Part shown: piece after piece, positions 25,600 to 33,727 of the stretch
How the letters are laid out: each line of letters starts with the position of its first letter
Position numbering within the stretch: position 1 is the first letter of the stretch
Source: an uncultured Chloroflexota bacterium
Lineage (GTDB): Bacteria > Chloroflexota > UBA11872
Direction of reading: 5' to 3'
Length of the DNA: 64,000 bases
Assembly: GCA_958296175.1 (NCBI GenBank)
Contig: OY282448.1
Span: 1,584,012-1,648,011 of the forward strand
The notes under the pieces: generated by a model
Database searches by the model: none
What the model was told of the DNA's origin: nothing
The model's input: only the letters and a program-made list of their open reading frames with translations
Program-made: the position numbers and the translations under genes

Positions 25600-27870
25600 T
25601 CAGACTTGCGTATGTGGAGGCGGCGGGACCCGTGCTCTCGGTCGGTCACGTCGCCGCGCTACTCCCGGCGCCAACGTGCAGGTCGCCGGACGCCGCGCCG
25701 CCGCCAGCAGCGCGGCGAAGCCGAGCGCGGTTACGGCGCCGGTGAGAGTTTGGTAGGAGGCGCCGGCGGAGTCGCCGTGGGCGTCGAACGGCGCGTACCA
25801 GGCGAACAGCGCGCCGCGCACCGTGAGGGGGTCCCAGCTCGGGGGGCCGCGCGGCGGGAGTTCGAACGGGCGCTGCCACAGCTCGGGCGCGTTGACGTAG
25901 ATGCTGGACGACAGCAGGCTGCCGCTCTTGTTTCCATGGTGGAACTCTTCCGGCGTGGCCAGCACGTACAGACTGCCGGCGGCCAGATACACGGCAATGG
26001 CGGCGGCTGCGGCCTGGCTGACCCTCCGCGCGGCGGCGCCGCGCCGGGCGGCCAGCTGCAGAACCACCGTTGCGCCAACCGCCGCGAGCACGGCGACGAC
26101 TGGCAGCGGATAGGCGATGTGGCGAACGAACTCGCTGATCTCGTACGCATAAAGGGGGTCTTTGTACTCGCTGATCCCCAGCTTCATGACCACGTTGACG
26201 AGCACGGCCAGCGGCAAGACCGCAAACGCCCAGCGCCGGCGGGCGGCGGCGGCCGCGCCCGCGGCCGCCAGCCCCAGAATGGCCGCCAGCAGCAGCGGAA
26301 AGCGAAGGTCGTCCAGCAGCACCATGCGCGCAACTTTCGGCAAGGTGACGCCGCCAACCACCGCCGCGTTGTCGATGACGGTTGCGGGCGAGAACACCAC
26401 GCTGGACGTCGGCCAGACCTGCCCGAGTTTCGCCAGGCTGTAGCCGGCCAGCGGCGCGGTCAGAGCGCCGGCCGCCAGCGCGCCTGCGAGGGACCAGCGC
26501 GACCGCACGCTGGCCAGTGACGCCAGCACGAAAAGGCCCCCGTAGAGCAGACCTTCCGGCCGCGTGCCGGCCAGCAGGCCGGCGCAGCCGCCCAGCGCCA
26601 CCAGGGAATGGCGCGGCGTTGCCGTCCGCAGCGCGTGGGCGAACGCCCAGACGCCGGCCGCCAGCAGGGCGATGAACATTGGGTCGGGTTCGGCCGAACC
26701 CAGGCTGTAAATCTGCACCGGCGGCAGCGCCACCGCCAGCACCGCAGCGGCGTACGCCGCGGGGCGCGAGCCCCCCGCGGCCAGCGCGGCGCGGTAGATC
26801 AGCCACGGCAGCAGCACGTTCGCCAGGAACGGCGGCGCAAGCGCGGCGGGGTAGGTGTGCCCGAAAACGGCGAACGCCGCCAATTGCGCAACCGGCAGGC
26901 CGGGCAGACTGATCCACGATCCGCCCTGCACGGGGTAGGTCCCCGCGGCCAGCGCTTCTGCCGAGCTCCAGTAGTGCCCCAGGTCGTCCATCGTGACTTC
27001 CATGTACGACGCGGCCTGGAATCCGCCCGCGGCGAGCAGCGACAGCGCGGCGATGCGCGGCGCCAGCGGACGCAGCGCCTGCCGGAACCGCGGCCAGGTT
27101 CCGAGACCGGCCGGCCCCCGCTCGCTCCACCAGAGCGCGCCAGCCGTCAGCAGCAGGGCGGCGGCGATCGTCACCGCCAGCGCCTGCGCGCCGGCGGAGG
27201 TGGCCAGTTCGTGACGCGGCGCGGCTGGAACGGCGGCGATCACCGCCGTGATCCAGGCGGCGGTGCACGGCAGGGTGCGCCAGGCAACGCCGAGCGGCAT
27301 GCGCGCCGCCGGCCGCGGCGGAGCGCTCGTCATCCCGACCACCGCCGCCGCTCCGACCGCCCAGCCCAGCAGCGCCCACGCCGGTTGGAACGCGGTCGTA
27401 TCCGCGGCGGCCACGTGAACCAGGGCCGCGCCGCCCACGCCCGCCGCGCCGCCGAACGCCAGGTCCACGTCCAGGCGCGGCCCAGCGCTGCGCCGCGCCG
27501 CGGTCAGCGCCAGCGGCAAGGCCGCGGTCAGCACCCAGCCGGCCGAGCTCGCGTGCGTCATCAGGTGCGCCAGATCCGGGCTTGCGTACATCGCGGCGGC
27601 AACGCCGGCCAGCGGCAGGAGCGCCAGCAGGACCGTCACGGCATAGCGAACTCGCAGCGCCGGCGGCGTGCGCCAGGCGGCGCCGACGGCGAGCGCCGCC
27701 AGCGCGACCGCGGCGCTGAACGCTTCCACCGTCGGGAAGCCAGCCCCGATCGGTCCGCCCGCGAGCACCATGCCCGTCCATGCAACCGAGGCGGCGCTCA
27801 GCGCGGTCAGACCCAGCCCGGCCGCGCGTCGTAAACCGCCGTCCACGTGCAGCGTCCGGCGATGCGGCAT
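25600..27870 (-). CDS. Large polytopic membrane protein, GT-C-like (ArnT/PMT-type) glycosyltransferase candidate
   Basis: Many TM helices, acidic loop MDDLGHYW, and EPD and RPEG motifs typical of GT-C enzymes. Confidence 0.6.
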   Translation of the reverse strand: MPHRRTLHVDGGLRRAAGLGLTALSAASVAWTGMVLAGGPIGAGFPTVEAFSAAVALAALAVGAAWRTPPALRVRYAVTVLLALLPLAGVAAAMYASPDLAHLMTHASSAGWVLTAALPLALTAARRSAGPRLDVDLAFGGAAGVGGAALVHVAAADTTAFQPAWALLGWAVGAAAVVGMTSAPPRPAARMPLGVAWRTLPCTAAWITAVIAAVPAAPRHELATSAGAQALAVTIAAALLLTAGALWWSERGPAGLGTWPRFRQALRPLAPRIAALSLLAAGGFQAASYMEVTMDDLGHYWSSAEALAAGTYPVQGGSWISLPGLPVAQLAAFAVFGHTYPAALAPPFLANVLLPWLIYRAALAAGGSRPAAYAAAVLAVALPPVQIYSLGSAEPDPMFIALLAAGVWAFAHALRTATPRHSLVALGGCAGLLAGTRPEGLLYGGLFVLASLASVRSRWSLAGALAAGALTAPLAGYSLAKLGQVWPTSSVVFSPATVIDNAAVVGGVTLPKVARMVLLDDLRFPLLLAAILGLAAAGAAAAARRRWAFAVLPLAVLVNVVMKLGISEYKDPLYAYEISEFVRHIAYPLPVVAVLAAVGATVVLQLAARRGAAARRVSQAAAAAIAVYLAAGSLYVLATPEEFHHGNKSGSLLSSSIYVNAPELWQRPFELPPRGPPSWDPLTVRGALFAWYAPFDAHGDSAGASYQTLTGAVTALGFAALLAAARRPATCTLAPGVARRRDRPRARVPPPPHTQV

Positions 27871-27972
27871 TGGGGGCCGACTCACGCCTGCGCGGGGCCG
27901 CGCCGCGCCAGAGATTGCCTGGCCTGCGGGCGGGCGGGCAGGCTGGTGGGCGCGAACCAAGCGTGGAACATC

Positions 27973-28004
27973 TTGACATCGTTGTTAGATGACATCATGA
28001 TGTC
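27973..28004 (+). promoter_or_regulatory. vapBC promoter with overlapping palindromic operator (leaderless)
   Basis: TTGACA-N17-CATGAT, 6 nt before ATG 28008. Perfect 14-bp palindrome GACATCATGATGTC (27991-28004) covers the -10 box. Confidence 0.8.
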
Positions 28005-28007
28005 TCC

Positions 28008-28268
28008 ATGCGAACCACCCTGACCTTGGACGATGACATCGCCGACGCCTTGCGAGCGCAGGCGCGGCTGCTGGACGAACCTTTCAAGCGCGTCGTCAAC
28101 GATACGCTGCGCCGCGGTCTGTCTCCCGCGGCCAGGAAAACGCCGCGCCCCGCGTTTCGGGTCGCGCCCTTTCGCGGCGGACTGGCCCCCGGCGTGGACC
28201 CGCTGAAGCTGAATCAGCTGAACGACCAGCTGGAAGCCGAGAGCTTTGCCGCCCGCAGCGCACGGTGA
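28008..28268 (+). CDS. vapB: VapB-type RHH antitoxin
   Basis: MRTTLTLDDD...FKRVVNDTLRRGL; GTGA overlap with the PIN toxin. Confidence 0.9.
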   Translation: MRTTLTLDDDIADALRAQARLLDEPFKRVVNDTLRRGLSPAARKTPRPAFRVAPFRGGLAPGVDPLKLNQLNDQLEAESFAARSAR

Positions 28269-28690
28269 TCGTTCCCGACCTCAATCTGTTGGTCTACGCC
28301 TATAGCGACAGTGCGCCGTATCACGACGCGGCCCGGCGCTGGTGGGAAGACCTGGTCAACGGCGGGGAGCGCGTGGGGATTCCCTGGGTGGTGGCGACCG
28401 GCTTCGTGCGCTTGATGACGCACCCCGCGGTGCTTACCCGTCCGGCGCTCCCCGGCGAGGTGGTGGACGCCGTGCGCGCATGGTTTCAGTTCGCGCACGT
28501 CACGCCGCTCAATCCCGGCGCCGAGCACCTGCGGCTGTTGCGGCGCTGTCTGACCGCGGCCGGCGTCGGCGCGAATCTCGTGACCGACGCCCACGTCGCC
28601 GCGCTTGCTATCGAGTATCAGGCGGAGGTTCACTCCAGCGACTCCGACTTCAGCCGCTTTCCCGGCCTTCGCTGGCGCAACCCGCTGTGA
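28265..28690 (+). CDS. vapC: VapC PIN-domain toxin
   Basis: IVPDLNLLVYA, NLVTDAHVAALAIE and SDSDFSRFPGLRWRNPL motifs. Confidence 0.93.
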   Translation: MIVPDLNLLVYAYSDSAPYHDAARRWWEDLVNGGERVGIPWVVATGFVRLMTHPAVLTRPALPGEVVDAVRAWFQFAHVTPLNPGAEHLRLLRRCLTAAGVGANLVTDAHVAALAIEYQAEVHSSDSDFSRFPGLRWRNPL

Positions 28691-28815
28691 GCGGTTGCCG
28701 AGACCGCGGCGAGCTTCACCGGCGGTGCCGCCCCGCGCCGAGACCGTCACCGGCGCGCGGCGTTTCCTGACGGCGGGGGGCGTGTCGATCGGCGGGCTGG
28801 CGGGTCCGAGGCTGG

Positions 28816-29910
28816 TCAGCCGAGGCGGTCGCGCGCGTAGACCAGCGGGCGGCGGATGTCGTAGGCGCCGGGGTAGCGAACCTGGAGCGAGCCGTCGGCG
28901 ATGGCCGCTTCCAGCGGGGCGGTCTTGGTTTGCATTGGCATGGAGACCAGCGTGTGGGTGCGCGAGCTCTCCCAGATGCCCATCAGGATGGCCTGCGACT
29001 TGATGGCGTGGTGCGCGTCTTGCCGGTGGCCGTCGACGTCGCCGTTCAGCCAGGCAACCAGCTCGCGGGCCTGGGCGCCCATGAAGTCGATCGTGGCCGC
29101 CGCCGGCGGCACGACCAGGTCGTCGCGGTTGCCCGAGACGAGCCGCAGCTCGTAGGACATCGATACGGCCGGGTCGCGTGGTTCCAGGGTCAGCATGCCG
29201 TCGTCGCCGCTGACCACGAAGGCGCGGTTGCCCAGACCGTCGTGCGGGCCAATGTCGTTGTCGTAGACGATGCGCGCGCCGCCTTCCACGGCGGCGATGC
29301 CAAAGCAGAGGTCTTCGCAGACGTAGCCGCGCTCGTAGCGGTCGGTTTCGCGCTGCGTCTGGCCCAGCGTCCACAGCGGCTCGGGGTCGCCCAGCAGGTA
29401 CAGGGCGCGGTCGATCAGATGCGAGCCCTGGTTGAGCAGCCCGCCTTCCAGCACGCCAACCTTGACCAGCAGCGGCGCGCCGATGGCGCCGTCGGCAATC
29501 AGCGCGCGCGCGCGCTGGAAAACCTGGATGTGGCGGCCCTGATAGCCGCAGAGCAGCTTGATGCCGGCCGCGTCGCAGGTGGCCAGCATGGCCTCGGCTT
29601 CGCCCATGGAGTTGGCCAGCGGCTTCTCCGAGATGATGGCCTGCAGGGGGTAGCGGGCGGCCAGGATGGTCATGCGCGGGTGCAGCGCGGCGGGCGTGGT
29701 GACGCTGACGATGTCCAGCCGCTCCGCTTCCAGCATCGTCTGGGCGTCGGTGTAGCGGCCGGGCACGTCGAACTGGTCGGCGACGTCGGCCAGCCGCTGC
29801 TCGTCGATGTCGCACACCGCGGCGACCTCGACGCCCTCGGCGGCGTCGAAGCCCTGCACGTGCGACCTGCCGAGGTTCAAGCCGATGACGCCTGCGCGGT
29901 AGGTGTTCAT
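28816..29910 (-). CDS. Gfo/Idh/MocA family oxidoreductase (paralog A)
   Basis: ISEKP and GGLLNQGSH motifs; C-terminal RYPGAYDIR. Confidence 0.9.
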   Translation of the reverse strand: MNTYRAGVIGLNLGRSHVQGFDAAEGVEVAAVCDIDEQRLADVADQFDVPGRYTDAQTMLEAERLDIVSVTTPAALHPRMTILAARYPLQAIISEKPLANSMGEAEAMLATCDAAGIKLLCGYQGRHIQVFQRARALIADGAIGAPLLVKVGVLEGGLLNQGSHLIDRALYLLGDPEPLWTLGQTQRETDRYERGYVCEDLCFGIAAVEGGARIVYDNDIGPHDGLGNRAFVVSGDDGMLTLEPRDPAVSMSYELRLVSGNRDDLVVPPAAATIDFMGAQARELVAWLNGDVDGHRQDAHHAIKSQAILMGIWESSRTHTLVSMPMQTKTAPLEAAIADGSLQVRYPGAYDIRRPLVYARDRLG

Positions 29911-29920
29911 GGTGTCGCCC

Positions 29921-31006
29921 CTAGCCAGCCGCGGCGGTGCGGTGGCGGATGTCGTAGCGCCCCGGATAGCGCACGGGAAGGCTGCCGCCGTCGATCATGG
30001 CGGTCAGCGGCGAGCCTTTGGTCTGCAGCGGAATCCGCGCCAGGCTGTGCGTGCGGGCGGACTCGTAGATGCCCATCAGGATTTCCAGCACGTGGATGGC
30101 CAGGTGCGCGTCGCCGCGGTGCTCATCCGTCTCGCCCAGCGCCCAGGCGGCCAGCGCGTCGATCTCACGCGTGCGCGCGGCGCCGAAGTCCACCTGCCCG
30201 CAGTCGATCGATTCCCAGCCGCGCCCGCGGCGCAGGAGCTGGATGACCGAGCCGGCCGACCCGCCTTGCAGCAGGATCATGCCCGCGGTTCCCACGAACA
30301 GCCGCTGGTCGCGCTCCACGCCGCCCGGCGGCGTGTCGCTTTCCAGCGACAGCCGCACGCCGCTGTCGAATTCCACCAGCAGCCCGGCCAGGTCTTCGCA
30401 GGGCCAGCCGCGTTCCCAGCGGTCGGTCTGGCGCTGCACGTTGGCCAGCACCCACTGCGGGGTTGGGTCGCCCAGCATGTAGAGCAGGTAACTCAGCGTG
30501 TGCGTGCCGATGTTCATCAGGCCGGCGTTTTCTTTGGGCGGGAAGGCATGCACGACCAGCACGTCGCCGATGGCGCCGTCGGCAATCAGCGCGCGCACGC
30601 GCTCGTGGCGCGGCATGAAGCGGCCCTGGTGGCCAATGGCCAGCTTGACGCCGTTTTGGTCGCAGGCGGCCAGCATGGCGTAGCCCTCGCCGGTGCTGCT
30701 GGCCATGGGTTTTTCGCAGACGATGGCGCGCGGCGCGTAGCGCGTGGCCGCCAGCGTCGTCATCCAGGCGTGCAGCTGCTGCGGCGTGCCCAGGCTCAGC
30801 AGGTCGGGCCGCTCCTGGCGCAGCATGGTTTCGTAGTCGGTGTAGCGGCGCTCCACGTCGAACTCGTCGCCGAACTCGTCCAGCGTGGCCGGGTCGATGT
30901 CGCAGACGGCCGCCAGCTCCGTGCGTTCGCAGTCGAGGTAGCCGCGCGCGTGGGTGCGGCCGATGTGGCCGCCCACCACCGCCGCGCGCAGCGGCTGGCC
31001 GCTCAC
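29921..31006 (-). CDS. Gfo/Idh/MocA family oxidoreductase (paralog B)
   Basis: VCEKP and GLMNIGTH motifs; C-terminal RYPGRYDIRH. GTG start at 31006 overlaps the upstream stop. Confidence 0.9.
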   Translation of the reverse strand: MSGQPLRAAVVGGHIGRTHARGYLDCERTELAAVCDIDPATLDEFGDEFDVERRYTDYETMLRQERPDLLSLGTPQQLHAWMTTLAATRYAPRAIVCEKPMASSTGEGYAMLAACDQNGVKLAIGHQGRFMPRHERVRALIADGAIGDVLVVHAFPPKENAGLMNIGTHTLSYLLYMLGDPTPQWVLANVQRQTDRWERGWPCEDLAGLLVEFDSGVRLSLESDTPPGGVERDQRLFVGTAGMILLQGGSAGSVIQLLRRGRGWESIDCGQVDFGAARTREIDALAAWALGETDEHRGDAHLAIHVLEILMGIYESARTHSLARIPLQTKGSPLTAMIDGGSLPVRYPGRYDIRHRTAAAG

Positions 31007-32139
31007 GGCGCCCTCCGTCCGTCCGCGGCCGGCGCCAGGGCCGCGCGGTGGCGGATGTCGTGCCGCCCCGGATAACGCACCGGCAGCGCGCCGCTGTCGA
31101 TCATCTCGACCAGCGGCGAGGCCCGCGTGGCCAGCGGCAGTTCCACCAGCCCATGAATCCGCGCCGACTCGTAGATCGCCATCAAGACCTCCTGGGTCTG
31201 GATGCACAGGTGCGCGTCCTGGTAGTGGCCGTCGGCGCTGCCGGCGGCCCAGCGGGCGAAGGCGTCGATTTCGCGGCGGCGCGCGCCGAGGTAGGAATCC
31301 CCGTGGAAGTCGAAGGTCTCCAGCGTGCCGTCGGCGCGCTGCACGCGCAGGCCAACGGGGTCGGCGGCGGTTTCGTGCGGTCTGCGCACCTCGCCTTCGG
31401 TGCGCACGGTCAGCGTGCCCTCGCTGCCGACCACCGTGATGGTGTGCACCTCGGTGTGTGCGCCGCCGGGAGTTTCGCCTTCCAAGACGAGGCGCGAGCC
31501 GTCCTCGAAGCCCACCAGGCCCGCGGCCATTTCCTCGCAGGGCCAGCCGCGTTCCCAGCGGTCGCTGCGGCGCTGCACGTTGCCCATGACCCAGGTCGGC
31601 CGCGGGTCGCCCAGCACGAACAGCGCGCGGTCGCAGCCGTGGCACATCTGGTTGAGCATGCCGCCCTGGCCATACCACACGTGGGTCAGGCGGGGCGCTC
31701 CAATCGCGCCGGCCGCAATCAGCTCGCGCGCTTGCTGAATCTGGGTGAGATAGCGCGACTCGTGGCCGATGATCAGCTTCACGCCGTTGGCGTCGCACGC
31801 CGCCAGCATGGCGCGCGCCTCGCCCATGTTGTTGGCCATGCCCTTTTCGCACAGGATGCCCTTGGGGGTGTACTGCGTGGCCGCCAGAATGGTCATCTCG
31901 GCGTGCAGCGGCTGCGCCGTGGCCACGCTGACGAGGTCGGGCCGCACCTCGCGCAGCATGGTTTCGTAGTCGGTGTAGCGGCCTTCGACGTCGAAGGCGT
32001 CGGCAACCGCGTTCAGCTTGGTTTCGTCCACGTCGCACAGCGCCGCCAGCTCGGCGGCCTCCGATACCGCGTAGCCGTCGGCGTGGTTGCGCCCCACGCC
32101 GCAGCCAACCACGACCGCCCGCAGCACCTCGTCGCTCAT
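31003..32139 (-). CDS. Gfo/Idh/MocA family oxidoreductase (paralog C)
   Basis: VVVGCG, LCEKG and GGMLNQMCH motifs; C-terminal RYPGRHDIRH. Confidence 0.9.
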   Translation of the reverse strand: MSDEVLRAVVVGCGVGRNHADGYAVSEAAELAALCDVDETKLNAVADAFDVEGRYTDYETMLREVRPDLVSVATAQPLHAEMTILAATQYTPKGILCEKGMANNMGEARAMLAACDANGVKLIIGHESRYLTQIQQARELIAAGAIGAPRLTHVWYGQGGMLNQMCHGCDRALFVLGDPRPTWVMGNVQRRSDRWERGWPCEEMAAGLVGFEDGSRLVLEGETPGGAHTEVHTITVVGSEGTLTVRTEGEVRRPHETAADPVGLRVQRADGTLETFDFHGDSYLGARRREIDAFARWAAGSADGHYQDAHLCIQTQEVLMAIYESARIHGLVELPLATRASPLVEMIDSGALPVRYPGRHDIRHRAALAPAADGRRAP

Positions 32140-32256
32140 CCGCATGGCCTCCCCGCGCTGGGTGCGCGCCGCCGATTGTGGGCAGGCCGCGCGCAATAGG
32201 TCAACCGGCCGGGAGCGTGGGGCGGGATTCCGCGCACGGCCGCGCGGCGCGGCGCG

Positions 32257-33399
32257 TTAGGTCGGCGGTGCTCCGTTTGCCGCGTTCGTTCCGTTGGCCG
32301 GGGGTGTCTCGGCGGCGCCGTTCGCGCCGTTCGCACGGGTTTGCAGCACCGGCAGCGGGTCGCCGGTGATCACCGTGCGGGCGCCGGTGAAGAGCTGCCA
32401 GGACGAGCCGGCGTCCTGCCAGACGGCGTCGCAGCCGCGGCAGAGTTTGTAGTCGTCCAGCTGGCCGCTCACGTGCGCCTGGCGGATGGCGCGGTAGGCC
32501 GGGCTGTTCCAGATGTCCAGCAGGGACTGCTCGGCCAGATTGCCCATGATCTGGTCTTCGCCAAAGTCGGCGCAGCAGGAGGGCACCGTGCCGTCCCAGT
32601 AGACGGCCATGGACTTCCAGAGCCAGTTGCAGGGGTAGTAGTTGGGGCCGTGGGGGCGCGCACTGTAGAAGTCGGAGGATTCCAACTGCCCGGCCCAGCC
32701 GTGCGCCCAGAAGGTGTCCCATTCGTCCACGGGCAGCCCGTCGAACCGCTGGCGGAAGTGGTCGGGAATGACCGGCGCCGCGCCTTTGGGGAAGCTGGAG
32801 TCCCAGAGCTGGATGACCTGCATCACAACGTACGGGCCGTTGGACCCGCGGCGCTTTTTGGCCTCCAGCAGGCGCAGCACGCGCTCCAGGGTGCGGTCGA
32901 AGGCCGCGCCCTTGCGCATGACCTCGTATTGCTCCGGCTCGCCGGAATCGAAGCTGATGGTCAGCTTGCTGGGCGCCGCGTCCAGCAGCAGCTCGATTTT
33001 TTCGTCGCGCAGCAGGGTGGCGTTGGTGTTGATGTGCGCAGCGATGCCGGCGCGTTCGCAGACGTCGATCATGTCGTAGATGTCCTGGTGCATCAGCGAC
33101 TCGCCGCGGAAGAACAGGTTGGCCTCGCCCACGAAGTCTTTCGCTTCGTCGATGATCTTGTGGAACAGGTCCATCGTCATGAAGCCGTTGCGCTCGTTGG
33201 CGCCCACGCTCTGGGGGCACATGGGGCAGCGCAGGTTGCAGAAGCTGGTCGGCTCGATATGCAGCTTGAGCGGGCCGTAGGGCAGTTCGGTTGACCCGCG
33301 CAGCCAGTGCCAGGCGAAGCGTCCCAGCGCCGGGCGCAGCACGGCCTTGTGCCGCCGGTACTTGACCAGCAGGTCTTTGGCCTGCGCGACGGTGTTCAT
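32257..33399 (-). CDS. Radical SAM protein with SPASM/twitch domain
   Basis: CNLRCPMC (CxxxCxxC), GES, INTNA, and C-terminal C...GTVPSCC...GNL...C..C. Confidence 0.92.
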   Translation of the reverse strand: MNTVAQAKDLLVKYRRHKAVLRPALGRFAWHWLRGSTELPYGPLKLHIEPTSFCNLRCPMCPQSVGANERNGFMTMDLFHKIIDEAKDFVGEANLFFRGESLMHQDIYDMIDVCERAGIAAHINTNATLLRDEKIELLLDAAPSKLTISFDSGEPEQYEVMRKGAAFDRTLERVLRLLEAKKRRGSNGPYVVMQVIQLWDSSFPKGAAPVIPDHFRQRFDGLPVDEWDTFWAHGWAGQLESSDFYSARPHGPNYYPCNWLWKSMAVYWDGTVPSCCADFGEDQIMGNLAEQSLLDIWNSPAYRAIRQAHVSGQLDDYKLCRGCDAVWQDAGSSWQLFTGARTVITGDPLPVLQTRANGANGAAETPPANGTNAANGAPPT

Positions 33400-33469
33400 G
33401 CGGCGGTATTCATGCGGCGGTATTCACGCGGCGGCCGCCTCGGCGCGCGCATGCGGCGGCGTGCCGCGC

Positions 33470-33697
33470 TCACGAGGCCGCGGCCGATGCGTCGGGCGGG
33501 ATGGCGTCGTCCCACAGCATGTTGGGAATGCCGTCGTCCACCTCGTAGCGGTAGCCGCACACGGCGCAGCGCAGCATGGCGCCCTCGATGCGCAGCACGC
33601 CGTCGTCGCGCGGGTGGTCGTAGTTCACACAGCGCAGGATGGCCAGAAAATCATCGGGAATGATCGGGGCCGCGGTATCCGCGGACGAATCAGCCAT
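33470..33697 (-). CDS. Trm112/YcaR-like protein
   Basis: LAILRC...LRCAVCGYRYEVDDGIPNML. Confidence 0.8.
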   Translation of the reverse strand: MADSSADTAAPIIPDDFLAILRCVNYDHPRDDGVLRIEGAMLRCAVCGYRYEVDDGIPNMLWDDAIPPDASAAAS

Positions 33698-33727
33698 GAG
33701 AGGCTCGTACCCCCTTCGTTAGGGAAC

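Larger units (their letters stand above)
20857..25689. repeat. Triple direct tandem repeat, unit ~1.58-1.65 kb
   Basis: Junction CTACTCCCGGCGCCAACGTGCAGG recurs at 22411, 24011 and 25659. CGCCGGGCGCGCTTCCACAATGACAGCTC recurs at 20857, 22436 and 24036. Confidence 0.95.

Noticed and set aside
20844-25689. Diversity-generating retroelement explaining the paralog variation
   Set aside because: No reverse transcriptase in the window, differences are not restricted to adenines, and whole genes are repeated rather than a short TR/VR pair.
32257-33697. RiPP cluster (rSAM/SPASM plus a small protein as PqqD/RRE or precursor)
   Set aside because: The small protein matches the Trm112 pattern (Y.V.DGIP.ML), no precursor peptide is evident, and the context is glycan biosynthesis.
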